Below, one piece after another: positions 20,024 to 31,138 of a stretch of DNA of 64,000 bases. Position 1 is the first letter of the stretch. Every line of letters starts with the position of its first letter. Both the position numbers and the translations under genes were made by a program. Source of the DNA: an uncultured Gemmatimonadales bacterium (GTDB taxonomy: Bacteria > Gemmatimonadota > Gemmatimonadetes > Gemmatimonadales > GWC2-71-9); NCBI GenBank assembly GCA_963739455.1, contig CAVUAK010000001.1:608001-672000 (forward strand), given 5' to 3'. Under the pieces are notes generated by a model, which made no database searches, had not been told where the DNA came from, and saw nothing but the letters and a program-made list of their open reading frames with translations.

Positions 20024-21622
20024 TCAGCCAGGCACCAGCACCCGATCCTCCTCGAAGATCTTCCGCGCAACCAGGAACCCCGGCACGCCACTCACGGCAC
20101 CGCCCCGCAATGCTGACGACCCGCAGCGATACACCCCGCGCATGTCGGTCTCCACACCCCAGGTGCCGTCCTCTTCCGGATTGTCGGTGAAGAACCAGCT
20201 CAGGGAGTTGTGGAAGATGTTGCCCAGGTCGAGGTCGAGTTCCTGCTCGAGGTCTTGGGGCGACTTGATCTCGATGCAGAGCCCGCCCTTGCTGTCGCGC
20301 GCCAGGCAGTCCTCGAACGGCTCCGCCGTGATCCGGTTGATTGCCGCGAGGTAACGGCCCTGCATCTCGGCCTTCCGCTCGTCGTTGTCCTTCGTGAAGA
20401 GCCGGTACGGTGCATCGAGCCCGAAGAGCGTCAGCGTCTGGTAGCCATCGGCCCGGAGCGCCGGCGACAGGATGGAATCATCCGTCAGCGTGTGGCAGTA
20501 CGTCTCGAACGGCGGCAAGTCCGGCAGTGCGCCGCCCTCCGCCTGGCGGTAGCTGGTCTCCATCGCCGCGTAGCCCTCGTCGACATGGAACGATCCCGCA
20601 AACGCCTCCGACGGCGTGACGCCCTGCGCCCTGAGCCGGGGCAGGCGCCGCAACAGCATGTTGACCTTCATCACCGAGCCCTCGTCGGTGGCAATGGGTG
20701 CATAATGGCGCCCGAACAGCCTGGCAAAGGTGCGCGGTCCGGCATTCACCAGCACGCGGTCGGCGTCTACCGTCTCTTCGTGCCCGCCTTGCTCGAACAC
20801 CACGGCATGGCGCTTCCCGAGGTCGTGCACGCCCAGCACCGGACTGTTTTTCTCGATCCGCGCGTGACCATCGGTCGCCCGCTTGACCAGGCCGTCCACG
20901 AGCGTGCGCATGCCTCCAACGGGCACCCTCCACTCCCCAGTGCCCTGACCGATTATGTGATAGAGGAAGCACCGGTTCTGGATAAGCGAAGGATCGTGTG
21001 CGTTGCCGAAGACACCGATCTTGCCATCGGTGAAGAGGAGCCCGCGCAGCACGTCATCCTGCACATGGCGCTCGATGGCCTCGCCCAGCGGGCGCTCCAC
21101 GAAGCTCTCCCACGCCTCGCGCTCGATCGCACTCGCCGTAAACCGGTCCGCCCAGTAGCTGCGCGAGCGAATTGGCTGGAGCAGGCTGGGCCAGGCCTGC
21201 GCGGCCATGGCGCCCTCCAGGCGGAGCAGCGCCTGGTAGCCGTCCCAGGCGCGGTCGCCACCCGTGAGTTCACGCACCGATGCCCTCGACCGGGCCTCGT
21301 CGACATTCGAGATGAGGAGCCCGCGCGGCGCGCCATCCCGCTCGTACGCGGTGAACGAGGCGATGGAGCGACGGCGGGTCTCGAACTGAACACCCAGCTC
21401 GTCGAGGATGACCGGCGGAAGCATGCTGATGAGGTAGGCGTACCTCGACAGGTACGCGTCATAGTCAGGGAATACGCGCTGCGAGGCCGTGGCACCGCCG
21501 ATCCAGTCGTTCCGCTCCAGCACCAGCACCGACTGCCCTGCGTTGGCCAGGTATGCGGCGGCCACGAGCCCGTTGTGCCCGCTGCCCACGATCACCGCGT
21601 CATACCGGGTGGCGAATGCCAT
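20024..21622 (-). CDS. Phytoene dehydrogenase-like FAD/NAD(P) oxidoreductase
   Basis: IVGSGHNGLVAAAYLA, LERxxxIGGA, GNIFH, GGAVSGVPG. Confidence 0.9.
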   Translation of the reverse strand: MAFATRYDAVIVGSGHNGLVAAAYLANAGQSVLVLERNDWIGGATASQRVFPDYDAYLSRYAYLISMLPPVILDELGVQFETRRRSIASFTAYERDGAPRGLLISNVDEARSRASVRELTGGDRAWDGYQALLRLEGAMAAQAWPSLLQPIRSRSYWADRFTASAIEREAWESFVERPLGEAIERHVQDDVLRGLLFTDGKIGVFGNAHDPSLIQNRCFLYHIIGQGTGEWRVPVGGMRTLVDGLVKRATDGHARIEKNSPVLGVHDLGKRHAVVFEQGGHEETVDADRVLVNAGPRTFARLFGRHYAPIATDEGSVMKVNMLLRRLPRLRAQGVTPSEAFAGSFHVDEGYAAMETSYRQAEGGALPDLPPFETYCHTLTDDSILSPALRADGYQTLTLFGLDAPYRLFTKDNDERKAEMQGRYLAAINRITAEPFEDCLARDSKGGLCIEIKSPQDLEQELDLDLGNIFHNSLSWFFTDNPEEDGTWGVETDMRGVYRCGSSALRGGAVSGVPGFLVARKIFEEDRVLVPG

Positions 21623-21865
21623 GCTTGCCTCGAACTGGAACGGGACGTTGCGCGGAGTGCGCGCCTGCCGGAATATACGGCTGGGGTGGGACCGACCTGC
21701 ACTTGCGATTGGCGCCGCCAGCCGCTGGATCGCCACACCGCGACACGGCGGCGGCCCACCCGGGTATCATTCCGTGCAGGGACCCCAGCGCTTTCCAGAC
21801 AGCAAGCAGTGGACAGACCGGCATTTAGCCGGTACGGACCGGAGGCCGGTCCGGAGGCGTGCAGG

Positions 21866-21881
21866 TGGCACCCGAGTTGCT
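21866..21881 (+). promoter_or_regulatory. Sigma-54 promoter upstream of the GNAT and desaturase genes
   Basis: TGGCACCCGAGTTGCT matches TGGCAC-N5-TTGC exactly and lies 50 bp before the ATG with its GGAGG RBS. Confidence 0.8.
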
Positions 21882-21930
21882 GCCTCCAAGCGCACCGGCC
21901 TGTCGGAGGCCGACCCGAGGGAGGAAGACG

Positions 21931-22356
21931 ATGCCCGAGGTCAAGATCAGCACGATGGATCAGGACGAGGACTTTGCCGCGTGGCTCACGGAGTTGCTGG
22001 AGCGTGAGGCGGAGGAGGCCGGCCTGCCCACCGGGTTCGAGGATCGATACATCGGCCTGACCGACGCGATTGGCGACTGGATCGGCGGGCTCCGCTACTA
22101 CGTGCGTGGCGGCGTCGCCCACCTGCTCGACCTGGTGGTGGCCGAGCCGTACCGCAAGCAGGGTCACGCCCATCGCCTGCTGGCGGCATACGAGGAACGT
22201 GCTGCCACCGAGGGCGCACACCTGGCGGAATTCTGGACCGACGACGATCGCGCCGAGGGCTTGCTTGGCGCGCTCGGCTGGAGCGTCGTCGTGCGTCGCA
22301 CGCGCTACATGAACGAGGGCTCATGGACGTTGCTGGAGAAGCGCCTGCCGGAGTGA
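21931..22356 (+). CDS. GNAT-family acetyltransferase
   Basis: LVVAEPYRKQGHAHRLL motif A; strong RBS. Confidence 0.85.
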   Translation: MPEVKISTMDQDEDFAAWLTELLEREAEEAGLPTGFEDRYIGLTDAIGDWIGGLRYYVRGGVAHLLDLVVAEPYRKQGHAHRLLAAYEERAATEGAHLAEFWTDDDRAEGLLGALGWSVVVRRTRYMNEGSWTLLEKRLPE

Positions 22357-22414
22357 GCCGCTATATTTCCGCGCTGGGATGTGACCTCCGTATCAATACT
22401 TATTCGAAGGTGAC

Positions 22415-23389
22415 ATGAGTCTCTCCGACCAGGCGCGCGAACTCCTTTCGAAGTTCGAAGTCCTGAAGGATCTCGAGTCTACTGTACGCGAAATGATGGC
22501 GACGCACGAGCGCAAGCGCGTGCTGTGGATGCCATCGGACCTGCTCGGCCTCGCCGAGGGCGACTGCAGCGAGACGCACCTGCGGAACCTGCGCGCGCGC
22601 GCGGCAGGCATTCCCGATGCGGTGCGCGCCGCGCTCGCCGTCAATACGCTCACCGAAGAGGGCCTGCCCCACTTCCACCGCCTGCTCGCCGTCTACCTGG
22701 ACGATGACAGCTACTGGCGGCTGTGGAACAATCTCTGGACGGCCGAGGAAGACCGGCACGGTCAGGTACTGCACGACTACACCCGTGACACGCAGATCTT
22801 CGACCAGCGCAAGTTCGAGGAGATGCAGTTCGAGTACATCCGGGCCGGGTTCCATCCCTCGTGGGACCGCGATCCCTATCGCGTCTTTGCCTACACCACC
22901 GTGCAGGAGCGCGCGACGCAGCACTCCCACGCCGAGACTGGGCGGGTTGCCGGCGAGTATGAGCCGGGCCTCGCGGCCATCCTCGCCGAGGTGGCGCAGG
23001 ATGAGGCGCGCCACTTCGTGTTCTACCGGTCCGTCTTCGAGGAGATCCTGAAGCGCGACCCGAACCAGGCGCTCGAGTCGGCATCGCACATCCTGCCGGG
23101 CATCGAAATGCCGGGCGCGTCGATGCCCGGCTTCCGCGACTACGCTGACGTCATCCGCCGCGCCGGTATCTACGGCCCGCGCGACTACCTGCGCATCGTG
23201 CAGGAGCAGATCCGCTACTGGCGCATCGAGAGCCTGACCGGGCTGAACGACCTTGGCAGGAAGGCGCAGGAAAGCATCATGCTTGTTCCCGATCGATTGC
23301 GGCGGCTGGCCGACCTGGTCGAGACGAGAAGCCGTGCCAAGACGTTCAGCTTCGATGTCGCGTTCAATCGCGAGTTCTCACTGCCGTGA
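22415..23389 (+). CDS. desA: Acyl-ACP desaturase (ferritin-like diiron)
   Basis: TEEGLPHF, WTAEEDRHG, QERAT, DEARH, IEMPG. Confidence 0.93.
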   Translation: MSLSDQARELLSKFEVLKDLESTVREMMATHERKRVLWMPSDLLGLAEGDCSETHLRNLRARAAGIPDAVRAALAVNTLTEEGLPHFHRLLAVYLDDDSYWRLWNNLWTAEEDRHGQVLHDYTRDTQIFDQRKFEEMQFEYIRAGFHPSWDRDPYRVFAYTTVQERATQHSHAETGRVAGEYEPGLAAILAEVAQDEARHFVFYRSVFEEILKRDPNQALESASHILPGIEMPGASMPGFRDYADVIRRAGIYGPRDYLRIVQEQIRYWRIESLTGLNDLGRKAQESIMLVPDRLRRLADLVETRSRAKTFSFDVAFNREFSLP

Positions 23390-23820
23390 GCCCGCGGTGG
23401 TTCGCCAGCCTCCTCGTCGTCATCACGTTGGGAGGCTGCAGCAAGAAGGAACCACCAAAGCCACCGGTCAGCGAGGGAATCGCGGTGGCTGGCGCCCCAG
23501 CCGACGCCCAGCAGCTCGGCACCGAAATGTTCGAGCTGATCGACCGGATCGCTGACTATCGCTCGTCCCATGAGGGAAAGCCCCCCAAGTCGCTGCGCCA
23601 GCTCGGTGTCGACAGCCTCACCACCAATACCATCCGTCGCCTCGCCATTCAGGGTCGCACCTTCACCGTGACCATCGTGTACCGGCGCCCCGAGGGCCGC
23701 ACGGTTCAGAATTGCAGCGCCGGTGAGGACGCACTCGAGCAGGCCGCACTCAACGAGGGGCGCTTCGCGGTGTCGTGCGAGACGCCATCGGGTCCGCAGG
23801 GTTTCGAGGTCGTTCGCTGA
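23386..23820 (+). CDS. Hypothetical lipoprotein
   Basis: LGGC lipobox; overlaps both neighbouring genes. Confidence 0.75.
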   Translation: MSPRWFASLLVVITLGGCSKKEPPKPPVSEGIAVAGAPADAQQLGTEMFELIDRIADYRSSHEGKPPKSLRQLGVDSLTTNTIRRLAIQGRTFTVTIVYRRPEGRTVQNCSAGEDALEQAALNEGRFAVSCETPSGPQGFEVVR

Positions 23821-24395
23821 TGGAGACGCTGTTCTACGCGCTCCGGATGGGAGTCTTCGGGGCCGCTGCCCTGAGCGGCGTGGTGGCGGTGACCAACTGG
23901 GCGGTGTCGCGGGGCTACCTGCAGCCCTTCGGTGCCTGGCCGCGGTTCGTGCGTCGCACGAGCGATCCGCTTCTGCGACCGATCGAGCGCAAGCTCCTTG
24001 GGGCAGGCGGCAATCCGCAGACGGCCCCGTGGTGGCTCTTCTGCATCGTACTGTTCGGCGGGCTCGCCCTCCTCGCGCTGGTGAACTGGCTGGTGGGAAT
24101 GGTCATCAACCTGGCATACCTGGGCCAGGCCGGGCCGGCCGGCATCGTAAGGCAGCTTGTGAGCTGGACCTTCCAGCTGCTCATGGCCGCGCTGTTCGTC
24201 CGGGTCATTGCCTCGTGGCTCGGGGGACTGCGCTACGCGCGGTGGCTGCGGCCGGTGTATGCCCTCACCGACTGGCTGGTGATCCCGATCCAGCGCCACA
24301 TGCCGCCGTTCGGCATGCTCGACTTGAGCCCGCTTGTCGCCTACCTCGTGCTCATGGTCCTGCGGTGGGCCGCCTTCCAGGTCCTTCCTTACTGA
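23820..24395 (+). CDS. yggT: YggT-family membrane protein
   Basis: LTDWLVIPIQRHMPPFGMLDLSPLVA motif. Confidence 0.85.
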   Translation: METLFYALRMGVFGAAALSGVVAVTNWAVSRGYLQPFGAWPRFVRRTSDPLLRPIERKLLGAGGNPQTAPWWLFCIVLFGGLALLALVNWLVGMVINLAYLGQAGPAGIVRQLVSWTFQLLMAALFVRVIASWLGGLRYARWLRPVYALTDWLVIPIQRHMPPFGMLDLSPLVAYLVLMVLRWAAFQVLPY

Positions 24396-24552
24396 CTTCG
24401 TGTCGGTTGACAGCATCAGGAGAACGGAAGTGTCGGCCCTCGGCATCAGCCCCGCGGAGGCAGCGCATCGGCTTCGCATTGAGGGGTAACACTTTACAGG
24501 AGGCCCAAAAGGCCCGATACTTGCCGGAGTAGGGAGCGGTACCCAATTGATG

Positions 24553-24606
24553 TCCGTGGCAATTTGTGCCTATTGCGGCCACGTAAAACAATCGCTAAAA
24601 CGGCAC
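24553..24606 (+). ncRNA. SAM-II (SAM_alpha) riboswitch
   Basis: P1 CGTGGC/GCCACG, loop AATTTG, pseudoknot GTGCC/GGCAC, TTGC and GCTAAA motifs; directly upstream of metF-metH. Confidence 0.82.
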
Positions 24607-24652
24607 CCCCCGGGGGCCGTTCAGGCTCACGGGATTTTTCGTTGGGGTCAGC

Positions 24653-25516
24653 ATGAGCTTGCAGGTGTCGTTCGAGTTCTTCCCGCCCAGGACTCCCGAG
24701 ATGGAGGAGACGCTGTGGCGCGCGATCAAGCGACTCGAGCCGCTCGCTCCACGCTTCGTGTCCGTCACCTATGGTGCCGGTGGAAGTACGCGTGAGCGAA
24801 CTCACCGCACGGTCAAGCGGATCCTGGCCGAGACGGCGCTGCTGCCCGCGGCCCACCTTACGTGCGTGGCCGCGACCCGCACCGAAGTGGACGCGGTGGC
24901 GCGCGAGTACTGGGATGCCGGCGTGCGGCAGGTCGTGGCGCTCCGGGGCGACCCGCCGAGGGAGACGGGACAGCATGTGCCCAATCCCGATGGCTACGCC
25001 TACGCCGCCGACCTCATCGGCGGGCTCAAGCGGATCGCCGACTTCGAGATCACGGTGGCGGCGTTCCCCGAGGGTCATCCCGAGTCCACGTCGGTGTATG
25101 CCGACCTCGACAACCTGAAGCGGAAGATCGACGCCGGTGCGTCGCGCGCCATCACCCAGTTCTTCTTCGAGAACGACATCTACTTTCGCTACCTCGAGCG
25201 ATGTCACAAGGCCGGCATCACCTGCGAGATCGTGCCCGGCATCATGCCGGTGACGAACTTCAAGCAGATGACCGGCTTCGCCGCCTCGGCCGGTGCGAGC
25301 GTGCCGCGCTGGATGGCCACCCGGTTCGAGGGACTGGACGACGACCCCGAGACGCGAAAGCTGATCGCCGCGACGGTGGTCGCCGAGCAGGTCCAGGGAC
25401 TCGCGGCGCAGGGCGTGCGCGAGTTCCACTTCTACACGCTGAACCGCGCCGACCTCACCTTCGCGATCTGTCACCTGCTCGGCCTCAGGGCGCAACCGGT
25501 GGCGGCACCGACATGA
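24653..25516 (+). CDS. metF: 5,10-methylenetetrahydrofolate reductase
   Basis: SFEFFPP, VSVTYGAGGS, HLTC, ALRGD, ITQFFF, FHFYTLN. Confidence 0.97.
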   Translation: MSLQVSFEFFPPRTPEMEETLWRAIKRLEPLAPRFVSVTYGAGGSTRERTHRTVKRILAETALLPAAHLTCVAATRTEVDAVAREYWDAGVRQVVALRGDPPRETGQHVPNPDGYAYAADLIGGLKRIADFEITVAAFPEGHPESTSVYADLDNLKRKIDAGASRAITQFFFENDIYFRYLERCHKAGITCEIVPGIMPVTNFKQMTGFAASAGASVPRWMATRFEGLDDDPETRKLIAATVVAEQVQGLAAQGVREFHFYTLNRADLTFAICHLLGLRAQPVAAPT

Positions 25517-28500
25517 GTGCCACCTGCGAGACCCATGCGCATGCGGGCGCCCGCCCGGTGCCGGTGTGGGCGGCCGACCGCCGCGCACGGTCCGACCCCC
25601 TGGACACGTGCCAGCCGCCTCGCGGCCCTGGAAGCGTTGCTGCTGCAGCGCATCCTGGTCATCGATGGCGCCATGGGCACGATGATCCAGGCGTACCTGC
25701 TGCAGGAAGCCGACTTCCGTGGCGAGCGGTTCGCGAACTGGCACAAGGACCTCCGTGGCAACAACGACGTCCTCGCGCTGACGCGGCCCGACATCATCCA
25801 GGACCTGCACGCCGCCTATCTCGAGGCCGGCGCGGACATCCTGGAGACCAACACCTTCACGACCAACGCCATCGCGATGGCGGACTACGGGATGGAGTCG
25901 CTGGCGCGGGAGCAGAACGTGACCGCGGCGCGTCTCGCGCGCAGCGTCGCGGATGCCTTCGAGGCGGCCCGGCCCGACCGGCCGCGCTACGTGGCGGGCG
26001 TCCTGGGCCCAACCAATCGCGCTGCCTCGATGTCGCCCGACGTCAACGATCCCGGCTTCCGCGCCGTCACCTTCGACGAGCTCGTTGCCGCGTACACGGA
26101 GGCGGCAGAAGGGCTGATCGAGGGCGGCGCCGACCTGCTCATGATCGAGACCATCTTCGACACGCTCAACGCGAAGGCCGCCATCTTCGCCATCGAGGGC
26201 GTGTTCGAGCGCCTCGGTGAGCGGCTGCCGGTGATGATCTCCGGCACGATCACCGACCAGAGCGGGCGCACCCTGTCGGGCCAGACCACCGAGGCGTTCT
26301 GGAACTCGATGGCGCACGCGCGCCCACTGTCCATCGGGCTCAACTGCGCACTGGGTGCCAAGGACCTGCGCCCTTACGTGCAGGAGCTGTCGCGCATCGC
26401 GCCGGTGTTCGTGAGCACGCACCCCAATGCCGGCCTGCCGGATGAATTCGGCGCCTACGTCGAGGGGCCGGAGTACATGGCAGGCATGCTGGGCGAGTTC
26501 GCCCGGGCCGGTCTGCTCAACTTCGCGGGCGGGTGCTGCGGCACCACGCCGGCCCACATCCGCGCCATTGCGGAGGCAGTGCAGGGCGTCCCGCCCCGCG
26601 CGCTCCCGACCGTGCCATCGCGGCTGCGCCTCAGTGGCCTCGAGCCGCTCACCTGCGGCGCCGAGACCGGCTTCGTCAACGTGGGCGAGCGGTGCAACGT
26701 CACCGGCTCGAAGCAGTTCGCGAAGCTCATCCTGAACAACCAGTACGAGGCGGCACTGGAGGTGGCGCGGCAGCAGGTCGAGAACGGGGCGCAGATGCTC
26801 GACGTGAACATGGATGAGGCGATGCTCGACTCGCAGCACGCCATGACCACGTTCCTCAACTTGTGCGCGTCGGAGCCGGCGATCAGTCGCGTGCCGATCA
26901 TGATCGACTCGTCCAAGTGGTCGGTCATCGAGGCGGGGCTCAAGTGCATCCAGGGCAAGGGCATCGTGAACTCGGTGAGCCTCAAGGAGGGCGAGGCCGA
27001 GTTCCTGCGGCAGGCCACGCTGGTGCACCGCTACGGCGCGGCAGTCATCGTCATGGCCTTCGACGAACAGGGCCAGGCCGACACCATCGAGCGACGCGTC
27101 GGCATCGCGGAGCGCGCCGTCCGGCTGCTGGTGGACCGGGTGGGATTTGCGCCCGAGGACATCGTGATCGACCCGAACATCTTCGCGATCGCGACCGGCA
27201 TCGAGCAGCACGACAACTACGCGGTGGATTACTTCGAGGCGACGCGGCGCATCAAGGCGGCCTTGCCGACGGTGAGCATCAGCGGCGGCCTCAGCAACGT
27301 CTCGTTCTCCTTCCGGGGCAACAACCCGCTGCGCGAGGCGATCCACACCGTGTTCCTGTACCACGCCATCCAGGCGGGCATGGACATGGGGATCGTGAAC
27401 GCCGGGGCGCTGCCGATCTACAGCGACATCCCGAAGGACGTCCTCGATCGGGTGGAGGACGTGGTGCTCAACCGGCGGCCCGACGGCACCGAGCGACTGC
27501 TCGCCATCGCCGACTCGGTGAAGGGCCAGGTGGCGGCGAGGCAGGACGACCTCGCGTGGCGCAGCCTCCCGGTGGGCGAGCGCCTTGCCCATGCGCTGGT
27601 GGAGGGCAACGCCGACTTCATCGTGGAGGACACGGAGGAGGCGCGGCTCACGGTCACCCGGCCGATCGAGGTCATCGAGGGGCCGCTGATGAACGGCATG
27701 AACACTGTCGGCGACCTGTTCGGTGCCGGCAAGATGTTCCTGCCGCAGGTCGTGAAGAGTGCGCGGGTCATGAAGAAGTCGGTGGCGCACCTCATTCCGT
27801 TCATCGAGGCCGAGAAGCAGGCCGGCGACTCGCGGGCGAAGGGCCGGGTGCTGCTCGCCACCGTGAAGGGCGACGTACACGACATCGGCAAGAACATCGT
27901 GGGCGTCGTGCTGCAGTGCAATAACTTCGAGGTGATAGACCTCGGCGTGATGGTGTCGTGCGCGAAGATCCTCGAGACGGCCCGCGCCGAGGGCGTGGAC
28001 CTCATCGGCTTGAGCGGGCTCATCACGCCGTCGCTCGAGGAGATGAGCTTCGTGGCGAGCGAGATGGAGCGCGAGGGATTCACCATGCCGCTCCTCATCG
28101 GCGGTGCCACCACGTCGCGCACGCATACGGCGGTCAAGATCGCGCCGAAGTACAGTGGCCCGGTGGTGCATGTCCTCGATGCGTCGCGCGCGGTGGGTGT
28201 CGCGGGCAGCCTCGTCAGCGAGGGCCTGCGGGAGAACTACGTCCGGCAGGTCGCCGCCGACTATGAAGCAGTGCGTGTGGCTCGCGCCGGTCGTGGCCAG
28301 GCGGAGGAGCGGGCGCCCATCGCAGAGGCGCGGGCCAACCGCGTGCCGATCGACTGGTCCGGCGTCACGCCGCCCCGGCCGACGTTTACCGGCGCGCGGA
28401 TCCTGGAGCGGTACCCGCTCGCCGAGCTGGTTGAGCGGATCGACTGGACACCGTTCTTCCAGACGTGGGAACTGGCGGGACACTTCCCGGCAATCCTCAC

Positions 28501-29299
28501 CGATCCCCGGGTCGGGCCTACGGCATCAAGCCTCTATCTCGATGCCCGTGCCCTGCTCGACCGCATCGTGCGGGAGGACCTGCTCGAGGCGCGAGCGGTG
28601 TTCGGGTTCTGGCCCGCCAACAGCGTGGGCGACGACCTTGAGTTCTACAATGACGAAAGCCGGCGAGAGACGCGCGCGGTGATTCACACGCTGCGGCAGC
28701 AGATGAAGAAGCAGCCGGGCCGCCCCAACATCGCACTGGCCGACTACACCGCCCCGCGGGACAGTGGCGTGACGGACTTCGTGGGTGCATTCGCCGTTAC
28801 CACCGGTATCGGGCTGGAGAAGCTCACTGCCGCGTTCGAGGCGGAGCATGATGACTACAGCAGCATCCTCGCCAAGGCACTGGCGGACCGGCTCGCCGAG
28901 GCATTCGCCGAGCGGCTGCATGAACGTGTCCGTCGTGAGTTCTGGGGCTACGCGCCTGGCGAGCAGCTGGACAATGACGGGCTGATCAAGGAGATGTACC
29001 AGGGGATCCGCCCGGCGCCGGGATATCCGGCCTGCCCGGACCACACCGAGAAGGGGACGCTGTTCGAGCTGCTCGATGCAACGGCGAAGACCGGCATTTC
29101 ACTGACGGAGAGCTTTGCGATGCTGCCGACCGCCGCGGTGAGCGGCTTTTACTTCTGGCATCCCGACGCGCGCTACTTCGGACTGGGAAAGATCGGGCGG
29201 GACCAGGTCGAGGATTACGCGCAGCGGAAGGGGATGACCACCGCGCTCGCCGAGCGCTGGCTGGCGCCCAACCTGGGGTACGAGCCGCGCGCATCATAG
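25513..29299 (+). CDS. metH: Cobalamin-dependent methionine synthase; probable indel near the 5' end
   Basis: [45 protein letters not shown]. Confidence 0.97.
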
Positions 29300-29428
29300 G
29301 CCCTCCGGCCTGCAATTGACCGGCCTGCGGGCGGGTCGTACGTTGGCGAAGCGCGGGTGCATGACCGCTGCAGGAAGTACGACCCCGATAGGCCCGCGCT
29401 TCCCGCTGGAGATCGCTGGAGGCCATCG

Positions 29429-29854
29429 ATGCGCCATTCGCTGCTCGCCGCCACCGCCCTGATGCTCGGATCCATCACCACCAGCGGCTGTTATCACGCC
29501 ACCGTAATCTCCGGCGCTACACCGTCGACCGAGGTGGTGGAACAGAAATGGGCCCACTCGTTCCTCTGGGGCATCGTCCCGCCAGCCACCGTTGACGCAG
29601 CGGCCAAGTGCCCGAACGGCCTCGCCAAGGTCGAGACGCAGCACTCCTTCCTGAACGGCCTGGTGGCCGTCGTGACCTTCGGCATCTACACACCCATCCA
29701 GATCACCGCGACCTGTGCCGCGAAGGGCGCAGCGCTTGGCGAGGGAGTTCCGACCGTAGTCGGGCTGGCAGGCGCAGATGCCGATGCGCTGGCCGAGGCG
29801 GCCCGGATGGCGATGCTCGTGAAGGGGCCGGTCCTGGTCCAGTTTCACGAGTAA
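29429..29854 (+). CDS. Bor/Iss-family lipoprotein
   Basis: SGC lipobox, FLWG..VDAAAKC..KVETQHSFLNGL...GIYTP..C. Confidence 0.8.
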   Translation: MRHSLLAATALMLGSITTSGCYHATVISGATPSTEVVEQKWAHSFLWGIVPPATVDAAAKCPNGLAKVETQHSFLNGLVAVVTFGIYTPIQITATCAAKGAALGEGVPTVVGLAGADADALAEAARMAMLVKGPVLVQFHE

Positions 29855-29974
29855 CTGACCCGGCCGGCGGCAAGCGAGCGGCGAACCCCCGTGGTTCGCC
29901 GCTTTGCCGTTGTTGCGCTGTCCCTCTCCCGGCTAGCTTCCCGGCACATTGCTTGCCCTTTTCAGGACGACGCC

Positions 29975-31138
29975 ATGAGCCAACTCGCCACTGCCCCCCT
30001 GCCCCTGTCCATTCTCTCGGAAGAAGAGACGATGTTCCGCGACGCCGTGCGCGAGTTCGCGGAGACCGAGATCAAGCCGTACGTATCGGAAATGGACGAA
30101 GCGGCGCAGTTCCGCCCCGATATCATCGCGAAATTCTTCGGTATGGGCCTCATGGGGATCGAGGTCCCGGAGCAGTATGGCGGCGCCGGTGCCGGGATCT
30201 TCCTCGCGACCCTCGCCATCGAGGAACTGGCGCGGGTTGACGCATCCGCCGCGATCTACGTGGATGTCCACAACACCCTGGTCAACAACGCGATCCTGCG
30301 GTGGGGCAACGACGAGCAGCAGGCACGCTACTTCCCGCACATGAACAGCGACATGCTCGGGGCCTTTGCGCTCTCGGAGCCTGCCAGCGGCAGCGACGCA
30401 TTCGCGCTGGAGTGCAAGGCCGACAAGGTGCCCGGCGGCTGGTCCCTTACGGGGCGCAAGTTCTGGATCACCAACGGCGCCGAGGCCGGCATCTTCATCG
30501 TGTTCGCCAACACCGACTTCACCAAGGGTTACAAGGGCATCACGGCCTTCATGGTGGAGCGGGGGTTTGCGGGCTTCGACGTGGGCAAGAAGGAGAACAA
30601 GCTCGGCATCCGGGCCTCGAGCACCACCGAGCTCATTCTCGAGGGATGTGTGGTCCCTGATGCCAACGTGCTCGGTCCGGTGGGACAGGGCTACAAGATC
30701 GCCATCGAGACGCTCAATGAAGGTCGCATTGGCATCGGGGCCCAGATGCTCGGGGTCGCCGCCGGTGCGCTCGAGGCGGCCACGAAGTACGTGAAGGAGC
30801 GGAGGCAGTTCGGGAAGGCGATCGCCGAGTTCCAGGCGGTGCAGTTCCAGCTCGCCCAGATGGCCACCGATCTCGAGGCGGCCCGGCTCATGGTGTACAA
30901 CAGCGCGCGACTCAAGGACGCTGGAAAGGCGTTCGCCACCGAGGCGGCGATGGCCAAGCTGTTCAGTTCCCAGGTGGCGGACCGCATCACCTCGCAATGC
31001 GTCGAGCTCTTCGGCGGGTACGGTTACTCCAAGGAGTACCCAGCGGAGAAGTTCTATCGCGACGCCAAGATCGGCACCATTTACGAGGGGAGCAGCAACA
31101 TGCAGCTGCAGACCATCGCGAAGGTGCTCCTCAAGTAG
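29975..31138 (+). CDS. Acyl-CoA dehydrogenase (short/branched-chain type)
   Basis: FALSEPASGSD, KFWITNG, KLGIRASST, IYEGSSNMQ. Confidence 0.95.
   Translation: MSQLATAPLPLSILSEEETMFRDAVREFAETEIKPYVSEMDEAAQFRPDIIAKFFGMGLMGIEVPEQYGGAGAGIFLATLAIEELARVDASAAIYVDVHNTLVNNAILRWGNDEQQARYFPHMNSDMLGAFALSEPASGSDAFALECKADKVPGGWSLTGRKFWITNGAEAGIFIVFANTDFTKGYKGITAFMVERGFAGFDVGKKENKLGIRASSTTELILEGCVVPDANVLGPVGQGYKIAIETLNEGRIGIGAQMLGVAAGALEAATKYVKERRQFGKAIAEFQAVQFQLAQMATDLEAARLMVYNSARLKDAGKAFATEAAMAKLFSSQVADRITSQCVELFGGYGYSKEYPAEKFYRDAKIGTIYEGSSNMQLQTIAKVLLK

Noticed and set aside
20024..21622. Carotenoid biosynthesis cluster
   Set aside because: Lone phytoene-dehydrogenase-like oxidoreductase with no crtB or crtE nearby.
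24524..24633. Possible SAH riboswitch around the SAM-II (GGAGCGG ... CAGGCTC)
   Set aside because: Only partial motifs, and no nearby CGCTC strand to close the SAH pseudoknot.
24494..28483. 1329-aa antisense ORF and many similar shadow ORFs
   Set aside because: Expected opposite GC-rich genes (here metF/metH); no recognisable motifs.
29429..29854. Bor-like gene as a prophage marker
   Set aside because: No phage genes, integrase or att sites nearby.
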